Shown piece after piece: positions 1-9,795 of a DNA stretch of 64,000 nucleotides. The stretch is from an uncultured Verrucomicrobiae bacterium (GTDB taxonomy: Bacteria; Verrucomicrobiota; Verrucomicrobiia; Chthoniobacterales; JAFAMB01): positions 224,001 to 288,000 of the forward strand of contig CAVXLD010000007.1 in NCBI GenBank assembly GCA_963762565.1, given 5' to 3'. The translations under genes and the position numbers were made by a program. Positions within the stretch are counted from its first letter, which is position 1; every line of letters starts with the position of its first letter. A model generated the notes under the pieces. The model saw only the letters and a list, made by a program, of their open reading frames with translations. It did no database searches and was not told the origin of the DNA.

Positions 1-2
1 GT

Positions 3-1232
3 ATCGAAGGGCAAATGATCACGGCGGTTGCGGAGAATTTGCCGGCGACCGCGGCAGTCGAGGTCGACGCCAAAGGTAAATTACTATCTCCTCCGTTTGT
101 CGACGCTCATTTTCATCTGGATGCGGCGCTCTCACTCGGCCTGCCTAGGCTGAATCGTTCCGGAACACTTCTCGAAGGGATCGCACTTTGGGGCGAATTA
201 AAGCCCGAGCTGACTCATGAAGCGGTGGCCGCCAGGGCGTTGGCTTATTGTGACATGGCGGTCGCGCAAGGACTCCTGGCCATCCGCAGTCACGTCGATG
301 TTTGCGATGATCGGCTTCTGGCAGTTGAAGCTTTGCTCCAAGTAAAGAAGCAGGTGGCCGACTATCTGGATCTACAGCTCGTCGCGTTTCCCCAGGACGG
401 TTTGTATCGATTTCCGAACGGTGAAAAGAATGTTTTACGGGCTTTGGATCTAGGGGTTGATGTCGTCGGGGGGATTCCGCATTTCGAACGCACGATGGCG
501 GACGGTGCTGCCTCGGTGAAACGGCTCTGCGAGATTGCGGCGCAACGTGGACTTTTGGTGGATCTGCATTGCGACGAATCGGATGATCCGCATTCCCGAC
601 ATATTGAAACTCTGGCGGCAGAAACCAAACGGCTTGGGCTGCAAGATCGAGTGGCAGGGTCTCACCTAACTTCCATGCATTCGATGGACAACTATTATGT
701 GTCGAAGCTGATCCCGTTGATGGTGGAATCGGGTGTCGCTGCCGTGGCGAATCCGTTGATTAACATCACGCTCCAAGGCCGGCATGATACCTATCCGAAA
801 CGACGGGGATTGACTCGGGTGCCGGAACTAATGGCTGCCGGTGTGCCGGTGGCGTTTGGTCACGATTGCGCGATGGATCCTTGGTATTCTTTTGGGTCCG
901 GCGACATGTTGGAAGTTGCCCACATGGGAGTGCATGTCTGTCAGATGACGTCGCTGGCGGCTATTCAATCTTGTTATGAAGCCGTGACGGTGAACGCCGC
1001 TAAGATTTTGCACTTGGATAAATATGGCATCGCCGAAGGGAATTGGGCCGACTTGGTGTTGTTACAGGCTGCCGATCCTTTTGAGGCGATCCGTTTGAAA
1101 GCGACGCGGTTGATGGTTGTGCGGCGGGGGAAAATCATTGCGCGAAGTGCGGAGAGAACCACTGAGCTAGAGCTTCCCGGGCGGCCGGGAAAGGTGTCGC
1201 TGAACTTCGTACCGGGGTCGGTGAAGGGTTAG
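3..1232 (+). CDS. Cytosine/creatinine deaminase-like amidohydrolase (5' end outside the window)
   Basis: PFVDAHFHLD metal motif, DLHCDE, AGSHLTS, FGHDC; the frame is open back to the window start. Confidence 0.85.
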   Translation: MEGQMITAVAENLPATAAVEVDAKGKLLSPPFVDAHFHLDAALSLGLPRLNRSGTLLEGIALWGELKPELTHEAVAARALAYCDMAVAQGLLAIRSHVDVCDDRLLAVEALLQVKKQVADYLDLQLVAFPQDGLYRFPNGEKNVLRALDLGVDVVGGIPHFERTMADGAASVKRLCEIAAQRGLLVDLHCDESDDPHSRHIETLAAETKRLGLQDRVAGSHLTSMHSMDNYYVSKLIPLMVESGVAAVANPLINITLQGRHDTYPKRRGLTRVPELMAAGVPVAFGHDCAMDPWYSFGSGDMLEVAHMGVHVCQMTSLAAIQSCYEAVTVNAAKILHLDKYGIAEGNWADLVLLQAADPFEAIRLKATRLMVVRRGKIIARSAERTTELELPGRPGKVSLNFVPGSVKG

Positions 1233-1266
1233 CGTTTGGCGTTTGGCGTTTGGCGTTCGGCGTTCG
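1233..1266. repeat. Heptamer tandem repeat (CGTTTGG/CGTTCGG) right after the stop codon
   Basis: cgtttgg x3, cgttcgg, cgttcg read directly. Confidence 0.8.
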
Positions 1267-1420
1267 TGCTCAGGGCGGCGAAGCCCTACCGTCGTTTCCA
1301 GACGGACGTGTTTCTTGCTTGGGTACCAACGAACTGGTCCGAACCTTCGGCGGCCCGCTTGTCTGCTGAAGAATGGCTGATGAACACGTCGTGGGGCATG
1401 GCTAAAGGAGTTCAGGCACT

Positions 1421-1675
1421 CGTGGAGCGCGCCTCGCTTGCGAGGCCGTGGTAACCAAAGGGAGGTCGTTGGGCAAGTCCCTGTGTCATCTGCGCTCTGT
1501 ACCTCTTGCCACAGCGAGCGAGTACGTTTTCTCACAAGCGCATCACGACGCCGGAATTCATAGCACACACCGATTGGCTCCGGAATCGAAATGGATAGAG
1601 CGTAGATCCCTGAAATAAAGCGCTTCATGGTCTCGCCCTGTTCAACACGGCCTCGCAAGCGAGGCACGCTCCACG
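1421..1675. mobile_element. REPIN-like doublet, family A (inverted arms GTGGAGCG..GCCTCGCTTGCGAGGCCGTGGT)
   Basis: Arms at 1421-1452 and 1644-1675 in inverted orientation; GGAG head plus hairpin GCCTCGC-TT-GCGAGGC. Confidence 0.8.
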
Positions 1676-1708
1676 GTTCCGGCCGAACGCTCGCGCCATC
1701 AGTCATTT

Positions 1709-2284
1709 CTAGCAGGAATGGTGGCGTCGTTTGGTGGCTAGAGCGTTCCATTTTCTGACTAGGCGGCGTAGCCCCGGGTCGAGTTCCCAGGCTTGTAGAT
1801 CGGAATAAGTAAACCAGCGCAGTTCCTTGCTTTCGACGCTGGTTTTGGTCTCGGCCGCTTGGGGTGCGATGAGCACGTAACGGATATCAAAATGAAAATG
1901 TGCCGGCTCGTTTCCGTGAGGCGGGATCTCATGGATATCGAGGTCAAAAGGACGAGCGGCGGCTACGATCAATCCATCAATTCCGGATTCTTCAAGTGCT
2001 TCTCGACGGGCAACGGAAAGCACATTTTCCTCTCCGTCACAATGACCTCCAAACTGTAGCCAGCGATCAAGTTTGCGATGATGATGGAGCAAGACCTTGC
2101 TTCCGTCTCCGCTGACCACCAGGGCGCTACCGGTGAAATGGGCCGGAAACGCGTCTCTGCGAAAACAGTCTGGGCGGGTGTCGAGCAACTCCAGCATTTG
2201 CTGGCGGCAGGAAGCCTCTTCCGGACGAACAGAAAGGTCGAGACCTGATAACGTGTTCCTAAGCTCAGTGCGATCTGTCCCCAT
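1709..2284 (-). CDS. Nudix hydrolase
   Basis: Nudix box GGHCDGEENVLSVARREALEESG. Confidence 0.9.
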   Translation of the reverse strand: MGTDRTELRNTLSGLDLSVRPEEASCRQQMLELLDTRPDCFRRDAFPAHFTGSALVVSGDGSKVLLHHHRKLDRWLQFGGHCDGEENVLSVARREALEESGIDGLIVAAARPFDLDIHEIPPHGNEPAHFHFDIRYVLIAPQAAETKTSVESKELRWFTYSDLQAWELDPGLRRLVRKWNALATKRRHHSC

Positions 2285-2379
2285 GTTGCTATTGCTATTA
2301 GCACAACAAAGATGAAACTTCCGTCGCTTCCAACGGGTTCTAAGTAGAGGCTCTGCCAGAAGGGGTTAAGAAACTCGTA

Positions 2380-4254
2380 TTGAAAAACCAGATGAAAATT
2401 TTCGTTAAATATAGCGTTCTAAGCGTTCTGCTATCGGGCTTGCTCAGTCCCCTGACCGCTGTCTCGCAGGAGTCCGGAAAAGCAGAGCAAATCATGGCAG
2501 CTTCCAAGGCAGCAATGGGAGGGGCGGCCTGGGATCAGATTAAAACCTGGCATGAGACAGGAAAGGTAACGCAGGGTGGCTTGGAAGGCAGCTATGAATC
2601 GTGGTCCGATTTTCCCGACGTCCGCAGCGCCGACATTTTTAAGATTGGGCCCGCAAAAGGCTCTCAAGGCTGGAACGGGAAAGAGGCGTGGTCGACTGAC
2701 AGTAGCGATCAGCTTCGCATCGAGACCAGTCAAGCTTCCATCGCTGCGGCCATCAAAGGCGCCTATCAGGCGGCGCACGCTTTCTATTTCGCTGGCCGGT
2801 ATCCGGCGGAACTAAAATATAGCGGCGTCAAAGACAACGATGGTAAGCCCTGTGACGTGGTCGTTCTTCAGCCGAAGGATTCGGATCCCTTTGAAGCTTG
2901 GTTCGACCAATCCACTCATTACCTGGTGAAGACAGTTGATCTCACTGGTGAACAGCCACAGACCACGTTTTTCTCGGACTTCCGATCGGTGCAAGGATTA
3001 ACCATCCCGTTTAAGGCCAAGGTCAGAATCGGAGATCCGAAGTACGACAGCATCGCCGAATCGGAAAATATCGAACTAAATAGCGAGATCGCGGCCAGCC
3101 GGTTCGATCCGCCAAAACAGGTGGTCGATGCGTTGGAATTTCCCGCGGGAAAAGACCGAGTGTCGATTCCGTTTAAGCTTTTGAATAACCACATCTATCT
3201 GCCGGTGTCCCTGAATGGAAAGGTATGTGACCAGATGATCTTCGATACCGGGGCCACCAATGTGATAAGCTCGGCTGCGGCGAAGGCGAACGCTATTAAG
3301 ACTGAAGGCGAACTGCCAGGAGGAGGGTTTGGAGACAATGTGTCTGCCTTTGGGTTGGCCAAGATCGGGCTGATAGACGTAGGAGGAGTAAAGCTAAAAG
3401 ATCAGGTGTTCGGCGTTTTTGACTTTGGCAATCTTGCGAAAGTCGAAGGAGTAGGAGAGGACGGACTAATCGGCTATGAGATCGCGCGCCGGGCAGTGGT
3501 CCAGATTGACTACGCTAACAACCGGTTAACCATCATTAAACCCGGGCAGTTTCATCCCTCAGAAAAGGCAGTAAAGGTTCCTTTCACGTTCAATAACCAT
3601 GTCCCGATGATCGAAGCCAATCTCGATGGCATCTCAGGGCAATTCGAGGTTGATACCGGCGCCCGTTCTTCTATCTCGATCATGCGTCCGTTCGCAACGG
3701 CGAATCATCTGGTGGAAAAGTATCAGGCTAAAACCGAAGTGATTGGCGGGTACGGAGTGGGCGGTCCGGCCAAGGCGCTCCTGGTTCGACCGCAGACTCT
3801 CAAGATCGAGTCGATTGAAATCAAGGATCCGGTTGGATTGATTGAAACCGGAGAGAAAGGCGCCGCGGCGGCGACGCAGACTGCAGGGAACTTGGGCGGT
3901 GGGATCTTAAAGAGGTTCACGGTCACTTTAGACTACGAGCATCAAGTTCTTTATCTCGAGCCGAACGCGAGCTTCTCGGAGCCGGACATTTTCGATCGCT
4001 CCGGGATCTGGTGCATGCAGGATAACGCGGGCGGTTTGTCAGTGATGGATGTGGTCAAAAACAGTCCGGCGGACAAGGCCGGAGTACAGCCAGGAGACAA
4101 GATTATCGGAGTGGACGGAGCTACCGTTACCGCCGCGCAGATTAATTCAGTGCGAAACAAGTTGAAGGAAGCGCCGGGGACAAAAGTGAAGTTGCAGGTC
4201 GATGGTAAGGACGGCAAACGTCAGGTGAGCCTGACGCTGGCGGAGTTGGGGTAG
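2380..4254 (+). CDS. Secreted protein with two retropepsin-like aspartyl protease domains and a C-terminal PDZ (start may be ATG 2392)
   Basis: Signal peptide; FDTGAT and VDTGAR motifs; SPADKAGVQPGDKI PDZ signature. Confidence 0.85.
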   Translation: MKNQMKIFVKYSVLSVLLSGLLSPLTAVSQESGKAEQIMAASKAAMGGAAWDQIKTWHETGKVTQGGLEGSYESWSDFPDVRSADIFKIGPAKGSQGWNGKEAWSTDSSDQLRIETSQASIAAAIKGAYQAAHAFYFAGRYPAELKYSGVKDNDGKPCDVVVLQPKDSDPFEAWFDQSTHYLVKTVDLTGEQPQTTFFSDFRSVQGLTIPFKAKVRIGDPKYDSIAESENIELNSEIAASRFDPPKQVVDALEFPAGKDRVSIPFKLLNNHIYLPVSLNGKVCDQMIFDTGATNVISSAAAKANAIKTEGELPGGGFGDNVSAFGLAKIGLIDVGGVKLKDQVFGVFDFGNLAKVEGVGEDGLIGYEIARRAVVQIDYANNRLTIIKPGQFHPSEKAVKVPFTFNNHVPMIEANLDGISGQFEVDTGARSSISIMRPFATANHLVEKYQAKTEVIGGYGVGGPAKALLVRPQTLKIESIEIKDPVGLIETGEKGAAAATQTAGNLGGGILKRFTVTLDYEHQVLYLEPNASFSEPDIFDRSGIWCMQDNAGGLSVMDVVKNSPADKAGVQPGDKIIGVDGATVTAAQINSVRNKLKEAPGTKVKLQVDGKDGKRQVSLTLAELG

Positions 4255-4303
4255 TCTTGCGTATGGGCGTGTGGGCGTTGGTGGGGCGAGAGGGGTCGCC
4301 ACC

Positions 4304-4541
4304 CGTGGAGCGTTGCCTCGCTTGCGAGGCCGTGGTGAGCAGGGGTTGAAACGTCCCGTTAGCCTCAGGTACGCAGCGTTATATCATCCGGTAATCTGAG
4401 TGCCTCGAGAATTGGGACGTACGGCTGGCAAAATCAGCGATTAATCCAGCCTTGAGCAATACAGAGCGCAGATAAGTAAGGGCGTACGTAAGCGTACGGC
4501 CCCTGTTCACCACGGCCTCGCAAGCGAGGCAACGCTCCACG
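4304..4541. mobile_element. REPIN-like doublet, family A
   Basis: Arms 4304-4336 and 4509-4541 are perfect inverses; flanks gggtcgccaccc/gggtcgcgaccc extend the palindrome. Confidence 0.8.
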
Positions 4542-4588
4542 GGTCGCGACCCGTTCCCACCCCACTAGTGGGCACTCCAGCTTCAGTT

Positions 4589-4618
4589 TTTAAATGAAAC
4601 CCCTCGATTTCATTTAAA
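4589..4618. promoter_or_regulatory. AT-rich inverted repeat upstream of hutH, possible operator
   Basis: tttaaatgaaa-N8-tttcatttaaa. Confidence 0.35.
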
Positions 4619-4692
4619 TTCCAATGTGAAACGCTTGGAATAGTTATTATTTGAAACCGTGTTGCTCAGCGAGGTAGACTGAGATCGATTTT

Positions 4693-6285
4693 ATGACTAA
4701 ACGGGCGACCCAGCTTACGAACTCGTCGAGCGGAGCATCTGAGCGAGATGGCATTGGCGCCGTGATTGACGGGAAAAGCCTGACTCTGAGGTCCGTTGCC
4801 GCTTTGCTTGCATCCAAGGCTCGATTGGAACTCGGTCCTGAGGCTCTGGAGGCAGTCAAACGTTCTCGTGCCATCGTGGAGACACGCGCAACTGGCGAAA
4901 CGGCGCTCTACGGGATCAACACCGGCTTTGGCGTACTCGCCCATGAACGGATTCCGGCCAAGGACTTGGAGCGTTTGCAGCAAAACCTTATCCTAAGTCA
5001 CGCGGTCGGTGCCGGGGACGAAATTCCGGCTGAGATCGTCGCCCTGATGCTGCTGTTTAAGGTAAACGGATTGGCGGTAGGGCTCTCGGGTGTGAGGCCG
5101 GTGGTCATCGACTATCTGATTCGATTCTACAACGAAGGAATCTATCCCATCATTTATACCAAGGGTTCGTTGGGTGCGTCCGGTGATCTAGCGCCTCTAG
5201 CCCATCTCACCTTACCCTTGATCGGCTTGGGTGAGGTCTATCGCCGTCAGGTTAGGACGCCGGCCGGGCAAGTGCTCAAGGATCTCGATCTCGGTCCGCT
5301 CCGGCTCGAGGCTAAGGAAGGGCTTGCTCTAATCAATGGCACCCAATTTATGACGGCTTATGCCGTCCATTGTTTGCTCCGGATTGAGCAATTGCTAGTG
5401 ACAGCGGATGTCGTTGCCGCGATGACGCTAGAGTCAATCAGGGGTAGCGCAGCTCCGTTCGACCCTAGAATTCATGAGGCACGCCCACATCCTGGACAAA
5501 AGAAAGTGGCGGCCCGGATGCGACAGCTTTTGCGAGGCTCGCAAATATTGCCTTCTCATATCGATTGCCCCAAGGTCCAGGATCCGTATTCGATTCGTTG
5601 TGTGCCACAAGTTCATGGGGCTGCCTGGGAGGTATTTCACCACGCCAGGGAGGGGGTGGAACGGGAACTGAATTCCGCTACCGATAACCCTTTAGTATTC
5701 GACAACGGGGATATTGTGAGCGGCGGTAACTTTCACGGTGAACTACTGGCCTTTGTAATGGATTATCTGGCAATTGCGACCTCGGAAATCGCGTGCATTT
5801 CCGAGCGCCGCCTTTTCTTGCTGCTGGGAGGCGACACGCTGGGAGACATCAAATTGCCGAAACTCTTGATGAAGGATACGGGCCTTAACTCGGGCTTCAT
5901 GCTGCCACAGTATCTAGCGGCAGCACTGGTTTCGGAGAATAAAATATTGGCCCACCCAGCGTCGGTTGATTCCATCCCCAGCTCATTAGGTCAGGAAGAT
6001 CACGTTTCGATGGGCGCGACGGCGGCAACTAAGTTGCTGGAGGTAATTAAGAACGCGGAGACGGTGCTAGCGATTGAATTAATGAGCGCTGCTCAAGCCC
6101 TGGATTTTATTCATCCCTTGAAAGCCGGCGATGGGATCGAGGCCGCACATGCAGAATTTAGGAAATCTATTTCGTTCGCCGAATCAGACCGCCTCTTTCA
6201 CGATGATATTCAGGTCGCCCTGCAAGTTGTCCGTTCGGGGACGATTGTTAAAGCTGCGGAAGCGGCGGTTGGGGTGTTGGTATGA
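4693..6285 (+). CDS. hutH: Histidine ammonia-lyase
   Basis: YGINTGFG, MIO-forming GSLGASGDLAPLAH, QDPYSIRC, QEDHVSMG. Confidence 0.95.
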   Translation: MTKRATQLTNSSSGASERDGIGAVIDGKSLTLRSVAALLASKARLELGPEALEAVKRSRAIVETRATGETALYGINTGFGVLAHERIPAKDLERLQQNLILSHAVGAGDEIPAEIVALMLLFKVNGLAVGLSGVRPVVIDYLIRFYNEGIYPIIYTKGSLGASGDLAPLAHLTLPLIGLGEVYRRQVRTPAGQVLKDLDLGPLRLEAKEGLALINGTQFMTAYAVHCLLRIEQLLVTADVVAAMTLESIRGSAAPFDPRIHEARPHPGQKKVAARMRQLLRGSQILPSHIDCPKVQDPYSIRCVPQVHGAAWEVFHHAREGVERELNSATDNPLVFDNGDIVSGGNFHGELLAFVMDYLAIATSEIACISERRLFLLLGGDTLGDIKLPKLLMKDTGLNSGFMLPQYLAAALVSENKILAHPASVDSIPSSLGQEDHVSMGATAATKLLEVIKNAETVLAIELMSAAQALDFIHPLKAGDGIEAAHAEFRKSISFAESDRLFHDDIQVALQVVRSGTIVKAAEAAVGVLV

Positions 6286-6315
6286 GTGAGTTTGGGATGC
6301 TTGTGCCGGATTAGA

Positions 6316-6495
6316 GAGGGCGCGCGTCCTCGCGCGCCGAGAGGACGTGAAACAATCTAGAGGTGTATTTTGGTCTGGAATTACAACACGTGCCCGGCTT
6401 CGGTAAGAAAGGATCGCGAGGATCCGACGTCGCCAACAGCTGGGAGAAAAGGTATACAAGCACAAGGCTATGTCGGACAGGCAGCGATCCCTCCC
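6316..6495. mobile_element. Family B asymmetric doublet; right arm interrupted by a nested insertion (about 6423-6483)
   Basis: Left gagggcgcgcgtcctcgcgcgccg; right ggatcgcgagga[insert]gcgatccctccc; matches copies at 26711, 46129, 55725. Confidence 0.7.
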
Positions 6496-6504
6496 GGCCC
6501 GCTT

Positions 6505-6543
6505 TCGAGGACGAGAACGACGACGAGGACGAGAACGAAGCCC
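6505..6543. repeat. GAGGACGAGAACGAC low-complexity repeat (tail of family D)
   Basis: Same motif at 12568-12594 and 31408-31434. Confidence 0.65.
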
Positions 6544-6560
6544 ACCGTGAAACCTAGCCT

Positions 6561-8210
6561 ATGACCACGAACCCAATCCACGCTCCACGAGGCAAAGAAA
6601 TCAGTTGTAAGGCGTGGCCGCAGGAAGCCGCCCTTCGCTGTTTGATGAATAATCTAGATCCGGATGTGGCTGAGCGACCGGATGAATTGATCGTTTACGG
6701 TGGCAGGGGTAAAGCCGCCCGAAACTGGGATTGTTTCCACGCGATTGTGCGCGAGCTCCAGGGATTGGAGAACGATGAAACTCTGCTAGTCCAATCCGGA
6801 AAACCGGTGGCCGTGTTTCGCACCCACGAGGAGGCGCCTCGAGTCCTGATTGCTAACTCAAACCTGGTTGGTGCTTGGGCGGATTGGTCGAACTTTGATC
6901 GTTTGGAGAAGGCCGGCTTGATCATGTACGGACAAATGACAGCCGGGAGCTGGATCTATATCGGGTCGCAAGGAATTGTCCAGGGTACGTTCGAGACTTT
7001 TGCTGCGGTCGCTAAACGCCACTTCGGCGGTGACTTGGCCGGGAAGCTGGTGATCACGGGAGGGCTAGGTGGAATGGGTGGCGCCCAGCCGTTGGCGATC
7101 ACCCTTAATGGAGCCGTTTGTCTGGCGATCGAGGTTGATCCGCGCAGAATCCAGCGGCGTGTCGATACCGGCTATTGTGATCGCATTTCATATAGTCTGG
7201 ACGAAGCGATCGGCTGGTGCGAAGCCGCGCGACAAAAGAAAGAAGCGTTTTCAGTCGGGTTGGTTGGAAACACGGCCGAGATTTTACCGGAGCTGGTTCG
7301 GCGCGGATTGGCAGTCGATGCGATAACCGACCAGACTAGCGCGCACGATCCTTTAATTGGTTATATTCCTAAAGGACTAACCTTGGAGGCGGCTGAGCAG
7401 CTCCGTAAGAGCGATCCGAGCGCTTACGTCGAGCGATCGATGGCCTCAATGGCCGAGCATGTTGAGGCGATGCTCGCCCTGCAGCGGCGCGGTGCGATTG
7501 CGTTCGATTACGGTAACAATCTTCGGAAACAAGCCTACGATGCCGGCTGCAAAGAAGCTTTCGCGATCCCAGGATTTGTTCCGGAATATATCCGGCTCCT
7601 GTTCTGCGAAGGTAAAGGGCCGTTTCGTTGGGTGGCGCTTTCGGGGAATCCCGATGATATCCGTAAAACCGATGAATTAGCTCTCAAGCTTTTCCCGGAT
7701 GATCCGACACTAACCCGCTGGTTTCACCTGGCTCGAAATAAGATCCGGTTTCAGGGCTTGCCTTCGCGGATCTGCTGGCTCGGATATGGCGATCGAGCCC
7801 GGATGGGTCTAGCAATGAACGAAATGGTTCGTCGGGGCGAACTGGATGGACCCATTGCGATCGGCCGTGATCATCTTGATACCGGTTCGGTTGCTTCGCC
7901 GTTCCGAGAAACAGAGGCGATGAAGGATGGGTCGGATGCAATTGCGGATTGGCCGATTTTGAATGCGCTGTTGAATACGGCCAGTGGTGCAACCTGGGTG
8001 TCTTTTCATCATGGAGGGGGAGTCGGGATGGGATATTCGCTGCATGCGGGTCAGGTGACAGTAGCCGATGGGACGGAGCTGGCCGACCGGCGATTGGAGC
8101 GGGTTCTGACGAATGACCCTGGGATTGGCGTAGCGAGACATGTTGATGCTGGATATGAAGAGGCGAAGCGGACGGCGCGAGAGAAGGGGATTCGGACGCC
8201 GCTGGTGTAG
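6561..8210 (+). CDS. hutU: Urocanate hydratase
   Basis: [41 protein letters not shown]. Confidence 0.97.
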   Translation: MTTNPIHAPRGKEISCKAWPQEAALRCLMNNLDPDVAERPDELIVYGGRGKAARNWDCFHAIVRELQGLENDETLLVQSGKPVAVFRTHEEAPRVLIANSNLVGAWADWSNFDRLEKAGLIMYGQMTAGSWIYIGSQGIVQGTFETFAAVAKRHFGGDLAGKLVITGGLGGMGGAQPLAITLNGAVCLAIEVDPRRIQRRVDTGYCDRISYSLDEAIGWCEAARQKKEAFSVGLVGNTAEILPELVRRGLAVDAITDQTSAHDPLIGYIPKGLTLEAAEQLRKSDPSAYVERSMASMAEHVEAMLALQRRGAIAFDYGNNLRKQAYDAGCKEAFAIPGFVPEYIRLLFCEGKGPFRWVALSGNPDDIRKTDELALKLFPDDPTLTRWFHLARNKIRFQGLPSRICWLGYGDRARMGLAMNEMVRRGELDGPIAIGRDHLDTGSVASPFRETEAMKDGSDAIADWPILNALLNTASGATWVSFHHGGGVGMGYSLHAGQVTVADGTELADRRLERVLTNDPGIGVARHVDAGYEEAKRTAREKGIRTPLV

Positions 8211-8221
8211 GCGCACCTCTT

Positions 8222-8534
8222 TTGGTGGGGCGAGGCTCCCGAACAACCCAGAATTCTTAACGGAGAATTTGAATCTAGCTAAACCGGGTGTGTGTTTCGC
8301 CGATAGGCTCGCCGAGCCGTGTCCCAGCGTGCAGCCAACGGGCCGGGAGCCTGTGGTATGCCTTTACACAATACGCGCTCAGAACCGCATGTTTGATTTT
8401 TCCGTCCTAACAGCGTCATGGTAACCGATAGAACGCGGCTCGGCGCGCGCGTCGGAATACTCAGACCTCTCCTAATTCAACACTCTAATTCTCCGCGAAA
8501 TTCGATCGGCAATACGGGAGCCTCGCCCCACCAA
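8222..8534. mobile_element. Family E inverted doublet (GGTGGGGCGAGGCTCCCG ends)
   Basis: 20-bp perfect terminal IR 8222-8241/8515-8534; inner IR cgccgagccg/cggctcggcg. Confidence 0.75.
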
Positions 8535-8541
8535 TGCAAAC

Positions 8542-9792
8542 ATGCGCGATCTTCTAATCGTTAATTGCAAACAGCTTTTGACGCTCGCTGGACCTCCGGT
8601 TCCTCGGGTCGGTCGTGACTTTAATGACCTCGGGATCATTCAAGATGGAGCGCTTTGGGCCAGGGACGGAAAGGTTCAGCGAGTCGGGACCTGGGATGAA
8701 ATCCAGGCGGATGCACCGGCGGACGCTGAAACCATCGACGCAGAGGGTCGCATCGTTTTACCAGGCTTCGTTGATGCGCACACACATCTGGTATTCGGCG
8801 GCTCGCGGGCTGATGAGTTCGAGCGGCGCGCGTTGGGCGAATCCTATCAATCGATCGCGGCTTCCGGAGGTGGAATTCGATCGACGGTGCGGCAAACCCG
8901 CGAGGCCACGGAGCTCGAGCTTTTGATCAGCGCTAAGCGCAGAGCGCATTGGTTACTGAGGAATGGGACTACAACGGCCGAGATTAAATCCGGTTACGGT
9001 CTGGCGTTGGAGCACGAGGTAAAAATGTTGCGGATCGCCAGGTCACTAGGCGAGACCGGGACGCTGCGAGTGGTCGGCACCTTTCTGGGCGCTCACGAAT
9101 TTCCCGACGAATTTCGTGACCGACGAGAAAAGTATGTTGAGTTGCTGATCAACGAAATGTTACCGGCGATCGCCCGGGAACATTTGGCGGAATACGCGGA
9201 TGTATTTTGTGAGCCGCACATCTTTAATACAGAAACGGCCTTCAGAGTTATGACAGCTGCATCCAAGCTCGGGTTCGGCTTACGCCTGCATGTGGACCAG
9301 CTAAGCTTGTCCGGTGGTGCACAGCTGGCAGCTCGACTAAAAGCCGCCACTGCAGATCACCTGGAACAGACCGATGAGGCAGGCATGATAGCGCTGCGCG
9401 ACGGCGGAGTTCAACCGGTGTTATTGCCAGGGTCGGTCTATGCGCTGGGCTTACAACACTATCCCGCCGCGCGTCGAATGATTGAGCTAGGTTTACCCAT
9501 CGTTCTCGCGACTGACCTGAATCCGGGTTCATCGCCGACGCCTTCGATCCCGATGGTGCTTTCTTTAGCTGTAACGCAAATGAAGCTATCGGTCGCTGAA
9601 GCCATCACTGCGGTCACCATCAATGCTGCGCATAGTCTGAGCCGCGGCGGCGAAATTGGATCCCTCGAACCGGGTAAAAACGCCGATTTTGTTATCCACG
9701 ACTGCGAGGACTATCGCGAGCTCGCGTACTATTTTGGAGTTGAAACCGCGCGTCAGGTCTTCATCGGCGGAGAATCGGTGTATGAAAGATGA
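8542..9792 (+). CDS. hutI: Imidazolonepropionase
   Basis: PGFVDAHTH, EIKSGYGL, FLGAH, LATDLNPGS. Confidence 0.95.
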   Translation: MRDLLIVNCKQLLTLAGPPVPRVGRDFNDLGIIQDGALWARDGKVQRVGTWDEIQADAPADAETIDAEGRIVLPGFVDAHTHLVFGGSRADEFERRALGESYQSIAASGGGIRSTVRQTREATELELLISAKRRAHWLLRNGTTTAEIKSGYGLALEHEVKMLRIARSLGETGTLRVVGTFLGAHEFPDEFRDRREKYVELLINEMLPAIAREHLAEYADVFCEPHIFNTETAFRVMTAASKLGFGLRLHVDQLSLSGGAQLAARLKAATADHLEQTDEAGMIALRDGGVQPVLLPGSVYALGLQHYPAARRMIELGLPIVLATDLNPGSSPTPSIPMVLSLAVTQMKLSVAEAITAVTINAAHSLSRGGEIGSLEPGKNADFVIHDCEDYRELAYYFGVETARQVFIGGESVYER

Positions 9793-9795
9793 GAC

